A DNA stretch of 64,000 nt from a virus. A program made the translations under genes and the position numbers. Position 1 is the first letter of the stretch. The number at the start of each line of letters is the position of its first letter. The stretch lies in the IMG/VR virus record IMGVR_UViG_3300017925_000001, positions 32,001 to 96,000 of that record, one strand, 5' to 3'. The notes under the pieces are model-generated. The model was not told the origin of the DNA and did not search any database. It saw nothing but the letters and a program-made list of their open reading frames with translations. Below are positions 19,741 through 30,192 of the stretch, in pieces.

Positions 19741-20733
19741 ATTAACAGAAATTTTGTGCGTTTAGTTTTGGCTGAAGGTGGAACAATCAAACCGTTGATG
19801 ATTTCTTCTGTTGACTCTGGTGGGCTTGGGCTCTGTAACCCGTCAGTGTTTGTTGATCACGGTGAAATTTGGTTGATACTCAGAAATGTCAGTTACACGA
19901 TATACCACTGCGAAAATGAGAAGAGATTCAATAGTCGGTATGGTCCGCTGAGTTATCTCAATCCAGAGCATGACCAGCATTTGCGGACTACGAATTTTCT
20001 TTGTAAGTTGACACCAAGTCTCGAAATAGAACGATACTGGAAAATCGACACTAGCCATCTCGACAAAGAACCGCTCTGGGAGTTTACGGGTTTGGAAGAC
20101 GCTCGTCTCGTACGTTGGGATGGGCATCTGTACGGTATCGGAGTTCGGCGTGATACAACAACCAACGGTCAGGGACGGATGGAGTTTTCGGAACTCGAAT
20201 TGGTCAACGACACTGTAAAGGAAATCGGGCGATATAGAATTGAACATCCTACGGCTCCTGAATGGTATTGTGAAAAGAATTGGATGCCAGTGTTGGACAT
20301 GCCTTACCATTTCATCCAGTGGACAAATCCTGCGGTATTGGTTAAAGCTAACCTTACGACTTTGAAGTCCTATCGGGCGATTGAGGTCAATGAGTCTGGC
20401 AAGATTGAAGGCATGCCATTTCTCCGTGGGGGTTCCCAAGTAATCCCTTGGCATAACTATTACATCTGTATTGTCCACGACTGTGACCTGACCAAGAATC
20501 TCATAGGACAAAAAGATGCTACTTACATGCATCGGTTTGTGGTCTATGACCGGAATTGGAATATAGTTAGGATTGGCGACCAGTTCTCTTTCATGGATGG
20601 GGAAATCGAATTCTGTTGTGGACTCGCAGAATATGAGAAGGACTTCTTGATGACGTTCGGTTTTCAAGATAATAGTGCTTGGATTTTGAAAATTCCATCA
20701 TCTATAATTCCCAAATTGATCGGAGTAGCATGA
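19738..20733 (+). CDS. Five-bladed beta-propeller glycosidase-like protein (GH130/DUF377-like)
   Basis: NPS, GLEDARL, EKNW.P, LRGGS, Y.HRF, IEF..GL and FG..D blade motifs. Confidence 0.75.
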   Translation: MINRNFVRLVLAEGGTIKPLMISSVDSGGLGLCNPSVFVDHGEIWLILRNVSYTIYHCENEKRFNSRYGPLSYLNPEHDQHLRTTNFLCKLTPSLEIERYWKIDTSHLDKEPLWEFTGLEDARLVRWDGHLYGIGVRRDTTTNGQGRMEFSELELVNDTVKEIGRYRIEHPTAPEWYCEKNWMPVLDMPYHFIQWTNPAVLVKANLTTLKSYRAIEVNESGKIEGMPFLRGGSQVIPWHNYYICIVHDCDLTKNLIGQKDATYMHRFVVYDRNWNIVRIGDQFSFMDGEIEFCCGLAEYEKDFLMTFGFQDNSAWILKIPSSIIPKLIGVA

Positions 20734-21467
20734 CCTTCTATACTTACACGTATCTTCGTGCAGACGGAACTCCGTATTATATCGGTAAAGGGAAAGACTA
20801 TCGTGCGTTCAAGAATGGGGGTCGCCCATGCAAGAAACCGATTTACCATTCTCGTATTCTAATCCAATATTGGAAGTCTGAAGAAAAAGCGTTTGAAATG
20901 GAAGTCTGGTGGATCAATTTTTGGGGACGTAAGGATAACGGAACAGGTATTCTTAGAAATTTATCTGATGGAGGCGCAGGCAAGGCGGGATTTATACCTG
21001 ACCCTGAACAGGGGCGCAAACACAGCAAATTTCTGAAAGACAAATTTGCATCAGGAGAGATGGGACCTCCCGGCGCTCAGTCTATAGAGGCGAGAAAAAA
21101 ATTAAGTACATCGCTGAGGGCGGGACATGCCTCTGGGGAAATAGTTACTTACAACAAAGGAATCCATGCTACTGATGAGCAAAAGGCAAAATGGTGGACG
21201 CCAGAACGGAGAGCCGCTCAAGCCGAACGGTGTCGTAAAATGGCAATGGAAGTTATTTTTACTCCTGAGCGTAGAGCTGCTTTAGCCGCTGCCGCTGCTA
21301 AAAGATTTAAGGGAATTCCTCAATCCGAAGAACAGAAAACCCGAGCTAGAGAAGGTTGGAAAAAAGCTTGGACTCCAGAACGTAAAGCCGCTCGATCTGA
21401 GAGGGCAAAAGCGCAGGGATTTGGAACTATTATTCATCCATCAGTTCGGAGGAAAGATGTTTCCTGA
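20730..21467 (+). CDS. GIY-YIG-like homing endonuclease with NUMOD3-like repeats
   Basis: FYTY.Y.R.DGTPYYIGKG...RA...E...I..WGRKD.GTG.LRNL.DGG; repeated WTPERRAA helices. Confidence 0.85.
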   Translation: MTFYTYTYLRADGTPYYIGKGKDYRAFKNGGRPCKKPIYHSRILIQYWKSEEKAFEMEVWWINFWGRKDNGTGILRNLSDGGAGKAGFIPDPEQGRKHSKFLKDKFASGEMGPPGAQSIEARKKLSTSLRAGHASGEIVTYNKGIHATDEQKAKWWTPERRAAQAERCRKMAMEVIFTPERRAALAAAAAKRFKGIPQSEEQKTRAREGWKKAWTPERKAARSERAKAQGFGTIIHPSVRRKDVS

Positions 21468-22014
21468 ATTACTGAGATATATATCTGATCCCAAGAATGC
21501 AGAATATAATTTCCAACTCGGACTTTGGTATGAGAATTGGGGTCACACTGCGGGAGCAGCGGGTTTCTATGTTCGGGCGGCAGAATACTCCTCAGATGCT
21601 TTGCTATCCTATGAAGCTTTGCTGCGAATCGCCAATATCTTTACACGGCAAGGTGGTCGTGTCTACATGGTCAAGGGTGTTTTGTTGCGGGCCATATCCT
21701 TGATACCAGAGAGACCCGAGGCATATTTTCTTCTTAGTCAAGTGTATGAGAAAAACAAGGATTGGCAAGAAGCATACAGCTTTGCTGTAATGGGGCAACG
21801 ACTCAGCGAAGACCAGCCTAAGCTTAGGACAAACGTGGAATACCCGGGGAAGTACGCTCTGGTTTATGAGCAGGCTGTCTCCGCATGGTGGATTGGTTTG
21901 TTCAAGGAATCCATCACTCTTTTTAAGCAGCTTCAGAAAAACAAGACAATGCTGCCGATCCATAGCGTATCCGTACAGGATAATTTGCAACGTTTAGAAG
22001 GATTAGTAAGGTAG
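21457..22014 (+). CDS. TPR-repeat protein
   Basis: DP.NAEYNF.LG..Y and AI.L.PERPEAYFLL...Y TPR motifs. Confidence 0.75.
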   Translation: MFPELLRYISDPKNAEYNFQLGLWYENWGHTAGAAGFYVRAAEYSSDALLSYEALLRIANIFTRQGGRVYMVKGVLLRAISLIPERPEAYFLLSQVYEKNKDWQEAYSFAVMGQRLSEDQPKLRTNVEYPGKYALVYEQAVSAWWIGLFKESITLFKQLQKNKTMLPIHSVSVQDNLQRLEGLVR

Positions 22015-22035
22015 AAACAGGAATAGGAGTTCAAT

Positions 22036-22875
22036 ATGTCAGTAACACTTTACCCAGGTGGTGACAACCCTGTCACTCCGAATCTTGGTTTGGCCTTGTG
22101 GGACATGAGCATGACCATGGCTGAGAACTTTGAACTTCTGGACTCGGCTGTGGCAGCAGGAAGCCTCAAGGTGAATGAGGCTTTGGTCACAGCCCCAAAC
22201 TTTGTCAACAGCCCTACCGTCACGTTTTCTGCGGTTGGGTCAAATATTTCCTTAAACGCAGCTGATGATTTTTTATCTCTTGCTGGTAATACACCTACTA
22301 CCCCAGTAACGGGCTCCATTTACTGTAATGCTTCATTCACTTTACCAGTTGTTGGAGATTTTACTGGAGGATGGACTACTGAGGATGTCACAGGAAATAT
22401 TATCGCATCTGGTAACAGCTCTTTAGTAGGAGGGCCAGCAATATTTTTCACTGTACCGGGCTTTGCATACTATTTCAGTGCAGACTTGGCCGGTGTATCA
22501 TTCAACTCTCTAGCGGGTGCCACAATAGAAATTCTTAAAGGTTCTGGTGTTGATGTAGCCCACGTAGGAAACTCTACCGGTAATGCCGGAATGGAAACAG
22601 ACACATTTAGCCCTGATAGTAACAGCTTTTATGGTGATCCAGTAGTTATTGGACAAAGTAACGATACTATATCTTCTAACTCAATCGTTATCTCTAGCGC
22701 AACCGGAACAATAGTCAATGGTCCGTTTATTGAGGCTACAACTAAAACTCCGGCATCATCTTCTGCCGCAGGGGTCACGGGCCAGATCGCTTGGGATCAA
22801 AGCTACATCTACGTTTGTTTGAACGGCTCAACTCCGAAATGGGGTCGGGCAGCACTCACTTCGACAGGTTGGTAA
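22036..22875 (+). CDS. Fibre/appendage protein, TPNL-anchor family member 3
   Basis: DNPVTPNLGLALW...ENFELLD; C-terminal TPASSSAAGVTGQIAWD.SYIYVC...W.RAAL. Confidence 0.75.
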   Translation: MSVTLYPGGDNPVTPNLGLALWDMSMTMAENFELLDSAVAAGSLKVNEALVTAPNFVNSPTVTFSAVGSNISLNAADDFLSLAGNTPTTPVTGSIYCNASFTLPVVGDFTGGWTTEDVTGNIIASGNSSLVGGPAIFFTVPGFAYYFSADLAGVSFNSLAGATIEILKGSGVDVAHVGNSTGNAGMETDTFSPDSNSFYGDPVVIGQSNDTISSNSIVISSATGTIVNGPFIEATTKTPASSSAAGVTGQIAWDQSYIYVCLNGSTPKWGRAALTSTGW

Positions 22876-22909
22876 AGAAAGAAAGAAAGAGAAAACATAG
22901 GAGAATTAA

Positions 22910-23443
22910 ATGAAGAACGTATTGAAAGCGGTTTTATTCGCTGCTATGTCTATCTCTTTATTTGGGACATGCCTTGCACAAGAAGGCAGATTGCAAGTAA
23001 AGACTCAGACGCACACTTTAGCACTAAAAGAAAAAATCAAGGTTGATCCACCTACCAAGTATGTTTTGTCTGGCACCTATTTGGTATCCGGCAACGGCAA
23101 TGTAACGTACATAGAACCTTTGTCTGTTACGTATCTTGACGACCCCTTAACAGTAACGTGCGCGAGCACATGTTCAATCCTAGGCAGCTTAACAGTGCAG
23201 ACCAGTGGAAGTATTTCCAGTAATAACCTGGCTGTATGTATGCTTGTGGATGGAGAACCTGTTCCAAACGGTTGTCAATGGTCTACTGATACTCCAGGTG
23301 ATGGTACTTTTGTTGAAAGTTCTGTTTCTTCTTGGGTAGTAGATTTGCCTGCTGGGGAACACACAGTACAGACGGCCATAGCTTCTGAGTATGGCTGTGA
23401 TTATGAATACTGGGGCTTTCAATATTCTGTGTACAAGCCGTAG
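22910..23443 (+). CDS. Exported protein with signal peptide
   Basis: MKNVLKAVLFAAMSISLFGTCLA; Cys-containing beta domain, L.AG.HTV. Confidence 0.65.
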   Translation: MKNVLKAVLFAAMSISLFGTCLAQEGRLQVKTQTHTLALKEKIKVDPPTKYVLSGTYLVSGNGNVTYIEPLSVTYLDDPLTVTCASTCSILGSLTVQTSGSISSNNLAVCMLVDGEPVPNGCQWSTDTPGDGTFVESSVSSWVVDLPAGEHTVQTAIASEYGCDYEYWGFQYSVYKP

Positions 23444-23450
23444 GGAAAGC

Positions 23451-23530
23451 ATCTCAGGTCCTCGAAACCTGGGCTAGAGCTGGAAGGAGCCTAACTCTCC
23501 TTCCTTGCTCGATCTGATTTAAGAGCTGAA
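23451..23530 (+). promoter_or_regulatory. HEG-leader RNA, copy 3 (decayed, no HEG downstream)
   Basis: ATC; CTCAGGT/ACCTGGG; C-TAGAG; GGAAGGAG/CTCCTTCC; GCTC-GATCT; loop CCTAACT no longer matches downstream TTTAAG. Confidence 0.65.
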
Positions 23531-23561
23531 TATCTAGAAAAGTGGAAGGAAGGGTAGCGAT

Positions 23562-26500
23562 ATCGGACATAACCTTAAACAACTGGGTAAGTAAGTTGCC
23601 CCCTCAGTCAGTAATGATTGAGCGCAGAACCAAGAGAATTCGGTGAAACGCCCTCTGGGCCAATACCGAGCCGAGCCGCTAATGCGGAAGGTGTAACGAC
23701 TATCCCGCAAGGGAGTAGGGAACAGTGTTCCCGAAGTACTTGGGGTCCTGAAAAGGATCATGATATAGTCTGGTCTTACTGGCAACAGTAAGAGTTCGAA
23801 TGGAAACGATTCGAGCGTAACATATAAACGACAGCTTCTTTGGATTGTTTTGGCGGTCTTATTACCATGGCTCAAGCCCGTGATTTGCCCGAAGGTGCGA
23901 GTCCGAGATGTTTCGACGTTGACTTTACAGTCGGTAGCGTAGCCACTCGTCCCGGCTTAGTATCCGTGTATACCTACGCAAATACTTGGGCCATCACCTC
24001 GTACTCCCTTGGTAGTGGTGGTCTTGCAACATTTAACTACACCGGTATCCCCGAGATCACCGAGAACGAAGGATTGATCCTCAGCGGATTCCAAGGACCT
24101 CTCAGTGTTTTGAACGGAACCACGATATATGCCGAAGCTGTAACCATGAACACTTTCATGGCACAAGTAGTTGGACCCTTGGGCACCTTTGTCAACCTAA
24201 GCGCCAGCGCAGTTTCCCTAGTGGGCTCCTTTGTAGGGCCTAACCAAGGGGTTGCCTCTAGCACTTCTTGGAGTAGTCCGCAGAACGTGTTCAGTCCCAC
24301 GGGGTACGCCTCGGCAAGCGGAGGACAGACATACAGCCCTGCGATTGTCCCTGGATCAACGTCTAGCACTTCATCTACAGCTTGGACTAACCCAAGCTAT
24401 GCTTTGTCCACAAGCCCAAGTACGTACGCTACTGTGAGTTCTCTTGGTGCAGGAGTGTCCGCACCCCTCTATGCGAGTGCTTTGGGCTTGTCTGTACCTC
24501 CCAATGCAACAATCACAGGGGTGAAGGTCGCATTCTCTGCTAGAGCTACAGAGGCCAGCGGTAATCCATACGTCATTGCTCAGCTTGTGCTGGGAGGGTC
24601 GCAAAGTTACTTGGGAAGCGCAGTAAATATTCCTATCGCAGCGAATGGCGCGAGTTTGGCTCCATACAATTATGGTTCCTCAACGTTTCAATGGGGTACC
24701 ACTCTGACGCCCGCGATTGTCAATGATCCTACTTTCGGGTTTGACCTAAGCGCTTTCACGGGAACTCTGTCGAACAACTTTCATTATTATTTGAACAGCC
24801 TCGTGGTCGCGGTTTACTACACCACATCGGCTACAACAGAGATTCTGACGGCCAACAGTTTCGGATTCTCGATCTCGTTGTCTTCTGGAGTCTCAGGGTT
24901 CAACACCACTTTCAAAGCGTATTCCAGCGCATCTACTTCGGCAGTGTTTCAACTACTTGAGAACGGAGTTCCTCAGGGCACTCCTAAGACTCTTCCTCTC
25001 ACCACTACGCCCACGGTGTATAATCTGGGCGGGCCTGAGGACCCTTGGGGCTATGTCTGGTCAGCAGCCAACGTCAACTCTCCGCAGTTTGGAATTCAGA
25101 TCACAGCCGAAGGAGTCGGCACTACGTACGTAGGGGACTTGGATGTCACCACATTTGTCACCCCGGCGCTATCGAATTTCAACTGGATTGGGAGCTATGA
25201 GCAGACGAATGCTGCGCTTACCACTCTGGCTCTTGATGCTGATGGCAACATGTGGGCTGAGAACGTTCTCAATAACCCTGGGGTACTATCGCTCTCATTG
25301 AGCGGTTTGCTTCCAGATTCGTACGCGGTTGGAGCTACGATGAATGATTCCGAGTTCATCATGTTCTCGGATCTGAATATCGGCACCGACCGTCCTCGTC
25401 AGCTCTACAACGATGGAAACTGGTATCCGGTGACCCAAGTGGGCCCTGGTAGTGCTCCGACATTCTTGGCTTCCACAGGTGGGATTACTAATACCCTGCA
25501 CATCAGCGCTTACACAGCAGTCGCAGGCACACCCACTATTCCGTCATCAACGACCTTCACAATATCACCTGTGGCAGCTGTAGCTCCGGTTGTTGGATCA
25601 CTTTATGTACTGAGCGGATTCACTGGGCCGGACGCAGTATTGAATGGTCAGGTGGTCACGGTTTTGACAGGTGCAACCACTGCTAGCTTTTCAGCAGATG
25701 TATCGGTTACTGCTCCAGGCAACACCGCTGTCGTAGCTCTTGCTACGCTCACCTTCGCATATCCCATAGAGAGCATCAAACAATTGGGGTACATTACGAG
25801 CGGTCTGAGCGGTGGGGTGCTTTGGTTCCTTCTGAGTACAGGACCTAACCAGTCTGCTCAGGGCAGTGTAGTGACAGTGTACTACGCATATGCATCGCCT
25901 TCACTAGCGCCAAATTTGAACCTTCAGAATGCTTGGAATGCGTCTGTGGCTGGAACTGGTCCTCCAGTTTACGTGCAGATCAATAATGCAGCCAATGTCA
26001 ATGGTTACAATTTTGATGGGATCTGGCAAGTCACAGGCATAGGGTACAACCATTTCTTGGGGTATACCTCACAGGGGTATTACTTCACTTTCCAGTACAC
26101 TGAGTCTGGTTTTGCCAACGGCACCAACAATGCCACGGCTTATCTGACACAAGCCACGTTGACCTTAGCTTCCCCTGGTGTCGTTGGGATCACGAATAAT
26201 ACACCCATCACTATTACAGGGGTCACAGGAAGTTCTCCAGATCAGGTAGGGTACAACAATACGTGGGTTATCACCAACGCTGTCAATACAGGTCAGTATA
26301 ACATCACTGAATCCCAGTATAATGGCGCTGGGGTTGCGACCTTCACATACAACTTCGCCTCTTTAACTAATAGTCAAGTTCCTGTTGTAGGTAATACCAT
26401 TCAGATCATAGGCGTCACCAACAATGCCGCCATGAACGGTATCTTTGCAATTTCGGCTGTGAATGCTGGCGCTTCTACATTCAGCGTGCTAGTGACTATC

Positions 26501-28858
26501 CCAGGCCTTGCAGCGCAGCCCTCAGCTATTGCTGAGAATAGTGCGCAGGCAACTATGGCTGGTACGCAGTTCATATTTGATCCTGGGGCTTTGCTGGCGG
26601 GCAGCGCATCTGGAAATGCTATATTTGGAACAGCGACCGATGGAGACGTATCATTCATTGGTGTTACGCTGGTTCCGATAGGGGCAGGTACGCGCCAAGG
26701 TGTCGTGTTCTTCATTACGAAGACTGGCTCTTGGACGCCTGCGTCTCCTCCTGTAACATTCACTATTGCAGCTGATGCAAACCAGCTCAATGTGTCGAAT
26801 ATCCCAATTGGACCTCCTGATGTCGTTGGCCGAGGCATAGCAATTACCGAGGCCGGTGCCAATGGCGTCCCAGGGGCAAACTTCTACGTGATCGAGACCG
26901 CCGTAACCACAACTGTAAACACAGTGGTGACTACGAACACGTCTACGATCATCAAGGATAACACAAGCACCACAGCTTCCTTTAGCTTTTCGGATGCTGT
27001 CCTTCTGAACTCTACAGAAGTTGACGTGCCCAGCCTAGACATTTTCAACACGATTGAAATAGGCAGCTGCGCATGGTGCGTTCCTTATTCGAGCAGAATG
27101 TTCTATGGCCTGCAGCTGAACAAGGTGCAGAACTTTAACAACCTGACGTTCGACGGGGGATATGTAGTTCCGAATCAACCTGCAGGTTGGGGCTTGAATC
27201 TCGCCACAAGCGTTCCTACAGAATTGGAGCTGATAATCAGCCCGGTTACTGGAGACGCAATCTACATCCTTAACTCAACGGGGAGCATTCAGCCACAGTT
27301 TGGCATGCTCTATCAGACGGCCTATCAGGACCCCTACAACGTTGCGATCATACAGAACAACACAGCGTATTCGGTACGCGTGGCCTGTTCCTGTCCTTCG
27401 GGCGTTGCTATAGGGAATCTCGTGATTGACCTCACGCAGTTCAATAACGGCAACTTCACGCAAGGGGCAAACGGCCTCGGCGTGTACGGCTCGTTCGTGC
27501 TACCTTTGTCTGAGATGTCACCTTCAGTACGAGTCTACACAGGGCCACTGCTTGCTGCGTCTGTGTTCACTGGGAATGTCGATCCATACCTGACGTTCCG
27601 CGTTTGGGCTCAAAACATGGGCCTAGGGGCAGACTTGCTCATCGACCGTATCGAAGTCTATCCTACGCTTTTCCCTTACCTTAAAACTGAGGTCTATGGG
27701 TCATACATAGGGCGACCAGAGATGGTGGACGCATCGGGGGACGGGGGCATTATCGACACGTCTACTGAGAATCCGCAGCCTGTCATGGGAGCGTTTGTGC
27801 TTCGTGATAGTCTATACTTGCTCAAGACGAATAGCATGTACGTGACTAAGGATAATCCAACTTCAGAGCCATCAGGCTGGTCCATAAACGAAATAGATAA
27901 TAGGGCTGGTGCATGTGGTATCAACGCATACGACACGGGTGAGGAATGGGCGATCATGGCATGCCGCAATGGCATCTATGGTTTCGATGGGGGCAAGCCT
28001 GAACTGCTCAACTTGGAAATACTTCAGGTTTGGAATTGCATCAATTGGAACGCGGGAAACTCCATATGTCTGAGGAATGATACGGAAAACCGTAGGATTC
28101 TCTGTACAGTTCCGCTGCCCACTGGGACAAGCCCTGATGGCGTTGCAACCGCAACGACTACATGGCTCCCCTACGCACCGTATAACCCTGCTCCGACTAC
28201 TCCCAATGTCATACTCGTATGTAACTATGAAGCCATAGGGTCGTTTGAAGAGTTACTAAAAGACCAAGGTGTCCATGCTACGATGTTTGGCCAGTTGGCG
28301 AACCCAGATATGCGCCGTAAGTGGACAATCTGGAACATACCAACTCCTTATTTAGGACAGGTCACTAGAGCCAACTTACTTGAGATAACATTGATGGTTT
28401 GTAACGGAATTGACTCTTCAAAGATTTATCAATTTGAAGATGAAGCCACCAGTGATGATGGGGCTCCGATACACTCACTTTATTGCGGCTACGGTTTTGT
28501 CAACGCGGCCAAAGCAGTGACCATGCCCATTTTTGGGCTCCATCAGAAGCGATACACATTATTACAGTTTAATGCTAATGGTGCTGGGCAGATGAATGTC
28601 ACGTTGTTCCCTAATGATTTGGGGGCAAGATACCCATTGACTGTCCCACTAGGATTGCCTTATGGCATCGCTCTGGTTGACCCCGCAAACGATGATTACT
28701 TTAGGCCAATCAACATCAAGGCACAACGGTGCTTCACGCAATGGGAAACCAATGCTGTTGGGGCGTGGTTTGAACTTTGTCATGTTTTGCTTTCAGGAAA
28801 ACAAGATCCATGGTCCTCACTCAATCCAACGGGTGGAGGTTCGAACGGGATAGTTTAA
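23562..28858 (+). CDS. Large tail nozzle/stabilisation-like protein (P22 gp10/T7 gp12-like termini, long inserted beta modules); exons 23562-23588 and 23831-28858
   Basis: Splicing joins ...KQLG|TASLDCFGGL in frame; termini FGGL.T...DLP.GASP...DVDF..G.V.TRPG and GIY.FDG..P.....EI..VW..INW are typical of podovirus nozzle proteins. Confidence 0.7.
23589..23830 (+). ncRNA. Group I self-splicing intron (subgroup IA, ORF-less, 242 nt)
   Basis: P1 GGGU/GCCC; P2 CTCAGTCA-gtaa-TGATTGAG; P3 CCAAG/CTTGG; P4 TTCGGT/ACCGAG; P7 GACTA/TAGTC; P7.1, P7.2, P8 and P9 (GCAA loop); terminal G at 23830. Confidence 0.92.
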
Positions 28859-28859
28859 T

Positions 28860-28942
28860 ATCTCAAGGCTTAGCGGCCTTGGGCTAGAGTTGGGAAGTGC
28901 TATGAACACTTCCCTTCTCGCCTTTTCATAGGAGGAATTATG
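28860..28942 (+). promoter_or_regulatory. HEG-leader RNA, copy 4
   Basis: ATC; CTCAAGGC-ttagcg-GCCTTGGG; C-TAGAG; GGGAAGTG/CACTTCCC; loop CTATGAA (28900-06) pairs TTCATAG (28925-31), ending on the first G of GGAGG. Confidence 0.85.
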
Positions 28943-29608
28943 CCAACAGGAATTTATGAAAGAAAACCAACAATACCTAGAATGTCTAACTGTCACCCTG
29001 ATAGAAAACATTTTGGAAAAGGAATGTGCAACCAGTGTTATCATAAGGCTTACCACGTACAGCATAAGCACTCGTTTGTAGATGAGTTTGGTATTTCAAT
29101 ACCAGAGGGCTTCTATACCTACCTCTGGTTCAGGGCAGATAGCACCCCATATTATGTGGGAAAAGGCAACGGAAAAAGAGCCTACGTAAATCATGGACAT
29201 TCGTTTCACAGACCTGTGAGTAGGGCAAGGATTTTTGTGCAATATTGGGAGTCTGAGGAAAAGGCGCTTGAGATTGAGGCTTGGTACATTGCTTTTTATG
29301 GGCGCATAGACAAAGGCACAGGTTGTCTCAGAAACCTAACAGATGGAGGAGAAAATCCTCCAGGCAATAAAGGTGTAAAGTTTTCAGAAGAGCACAAACG
29401 AAAAATAAGTGAAGCACAGAAAGGCCCTAAGGGACATTGGTTTGGAACAAAGAGGCCTTTTGTTTCTAGAGGTAAAGGTCGAGTACAAAACCCTGAATGG
29501 ATTGCTAAAAGGGTAGCCAGTACAAAAGCAACTCGTGAGTGTAAGAAGAAAGGAGACCCTACGGTATGCAAGGCAGAACTAGCGCGCTCGATGGCGGGCA
29601 AGAGCTAA
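28940..29608 (+). CDS. GIY-YIG-like homing endonuclease with NUMOD3
   Basis: FYTYLW.R.D.TPYYVGKG...RA; YGRID.GTG.LRNLTDGGE; SEEHKRKISEA; paralogue of 20730..21467. Confidence 0.85.
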   Translation: MPTGIYERKPTIPRMSNCHPDRKHFGKGMCNQCYHKAYHVQHKHSFVDEFGISIPEGFYTYLWFRADSTPYYVGKGNGKRAYVNHGHSFHRPVSRARIFVQYWESEEKALEIEAWYIAFYGRIDKGTGCLRNLTDGGENPPGNKGVKFSEEHKRKISEAQKGPKGHWFGTKRPFVSRGKGRVQNPEWIAKRVASTKATRECKKKGDPTVCKAELARSMAGKS

Positions 29609-30192
29609 CCATAATTCAGCGCCAAGACTTCAACAATGGCAACCTCCTCAATCGCATCATCCAAGCTATGAACGGGCTTGCCCATAACTTGGGAGCAGCC
29701 GCTGTGGGCAAGTTGGACCCGCCTCCTCCCGTACAATCTATTCAAGTGCAAGGCGTGCAGTCGGGCAGCACACTCATTTGTCCGAGCGAGCTGCTCCATT
29801 GGACAATAAATCACACTCAGGAGATTCAGAAGCATGTCCGCTACTTTAGCGAGATTGCGACAGAGCCAAACTTTTTGGCTCCGCATGTCATTGACCACGG
29901 CACTAGCCGTACTGGTTTTTTACACCTGCCAACATATTTGAACGACGGCGTTACGAAGCAGACGTATTACCTACGCAGCTACGCTCAGTACCCTGGCTCT
30001 GACCCACAGAAACCTACAGTACTTGGGGGATTAGCCAGCCCCTTGAAGATTCAGATGACGGGCAGCTCAGCCACAACACTTCTCAGCTCTCCTGGGTCAG
30101 GCACAGCAGCCGCAAATGGCACCCAAGGGGGCAAGGGGTTGGGCGTTGTACTCACACGCCCTGCGCCAACGACGAAGAGGTCGATAACCTAA
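29566..30192 (+). CDS. Hypothetical virion protein
   Basis: AAGGAG RBS; 208 aa; follows the nozzle gene. Confidence 0.65.
   Translation: MQGRTSALDGGQELTIIQRQDFNNGNLLNRIIQAMNGLAHNLGAAAVGKLDPPPPVQSIQVQGVQSGSTLICPSELLHWTINHTQEIQKHVRYFSEIATEPNFLAPHVIDHGTSRTGFLHLPTYLNDGVTKQTYYLRSYAQYPGSDPQKPTVLGGLASPLKIQMTGSSATTLLSSPGSGTAAANGTQGGKGLGVVLTRPAPTTKRSIT

Noticed and set aside
19843-20667. 274-aa antisense ORF, and similar shadow ORFs such as 54170..54865 and 34674..35303
   Set aside because: Opposite to well-supported genes, with no motifs
22874-22895. (GAAA)n microsatellite
   Set aside because: Short purine-rich intergenic spacer with no evidence of function
23534-23875. 113-aa minus-strand ORF
   Set aside because: Antisense to the group I intron; no RBS or recognisable motifs
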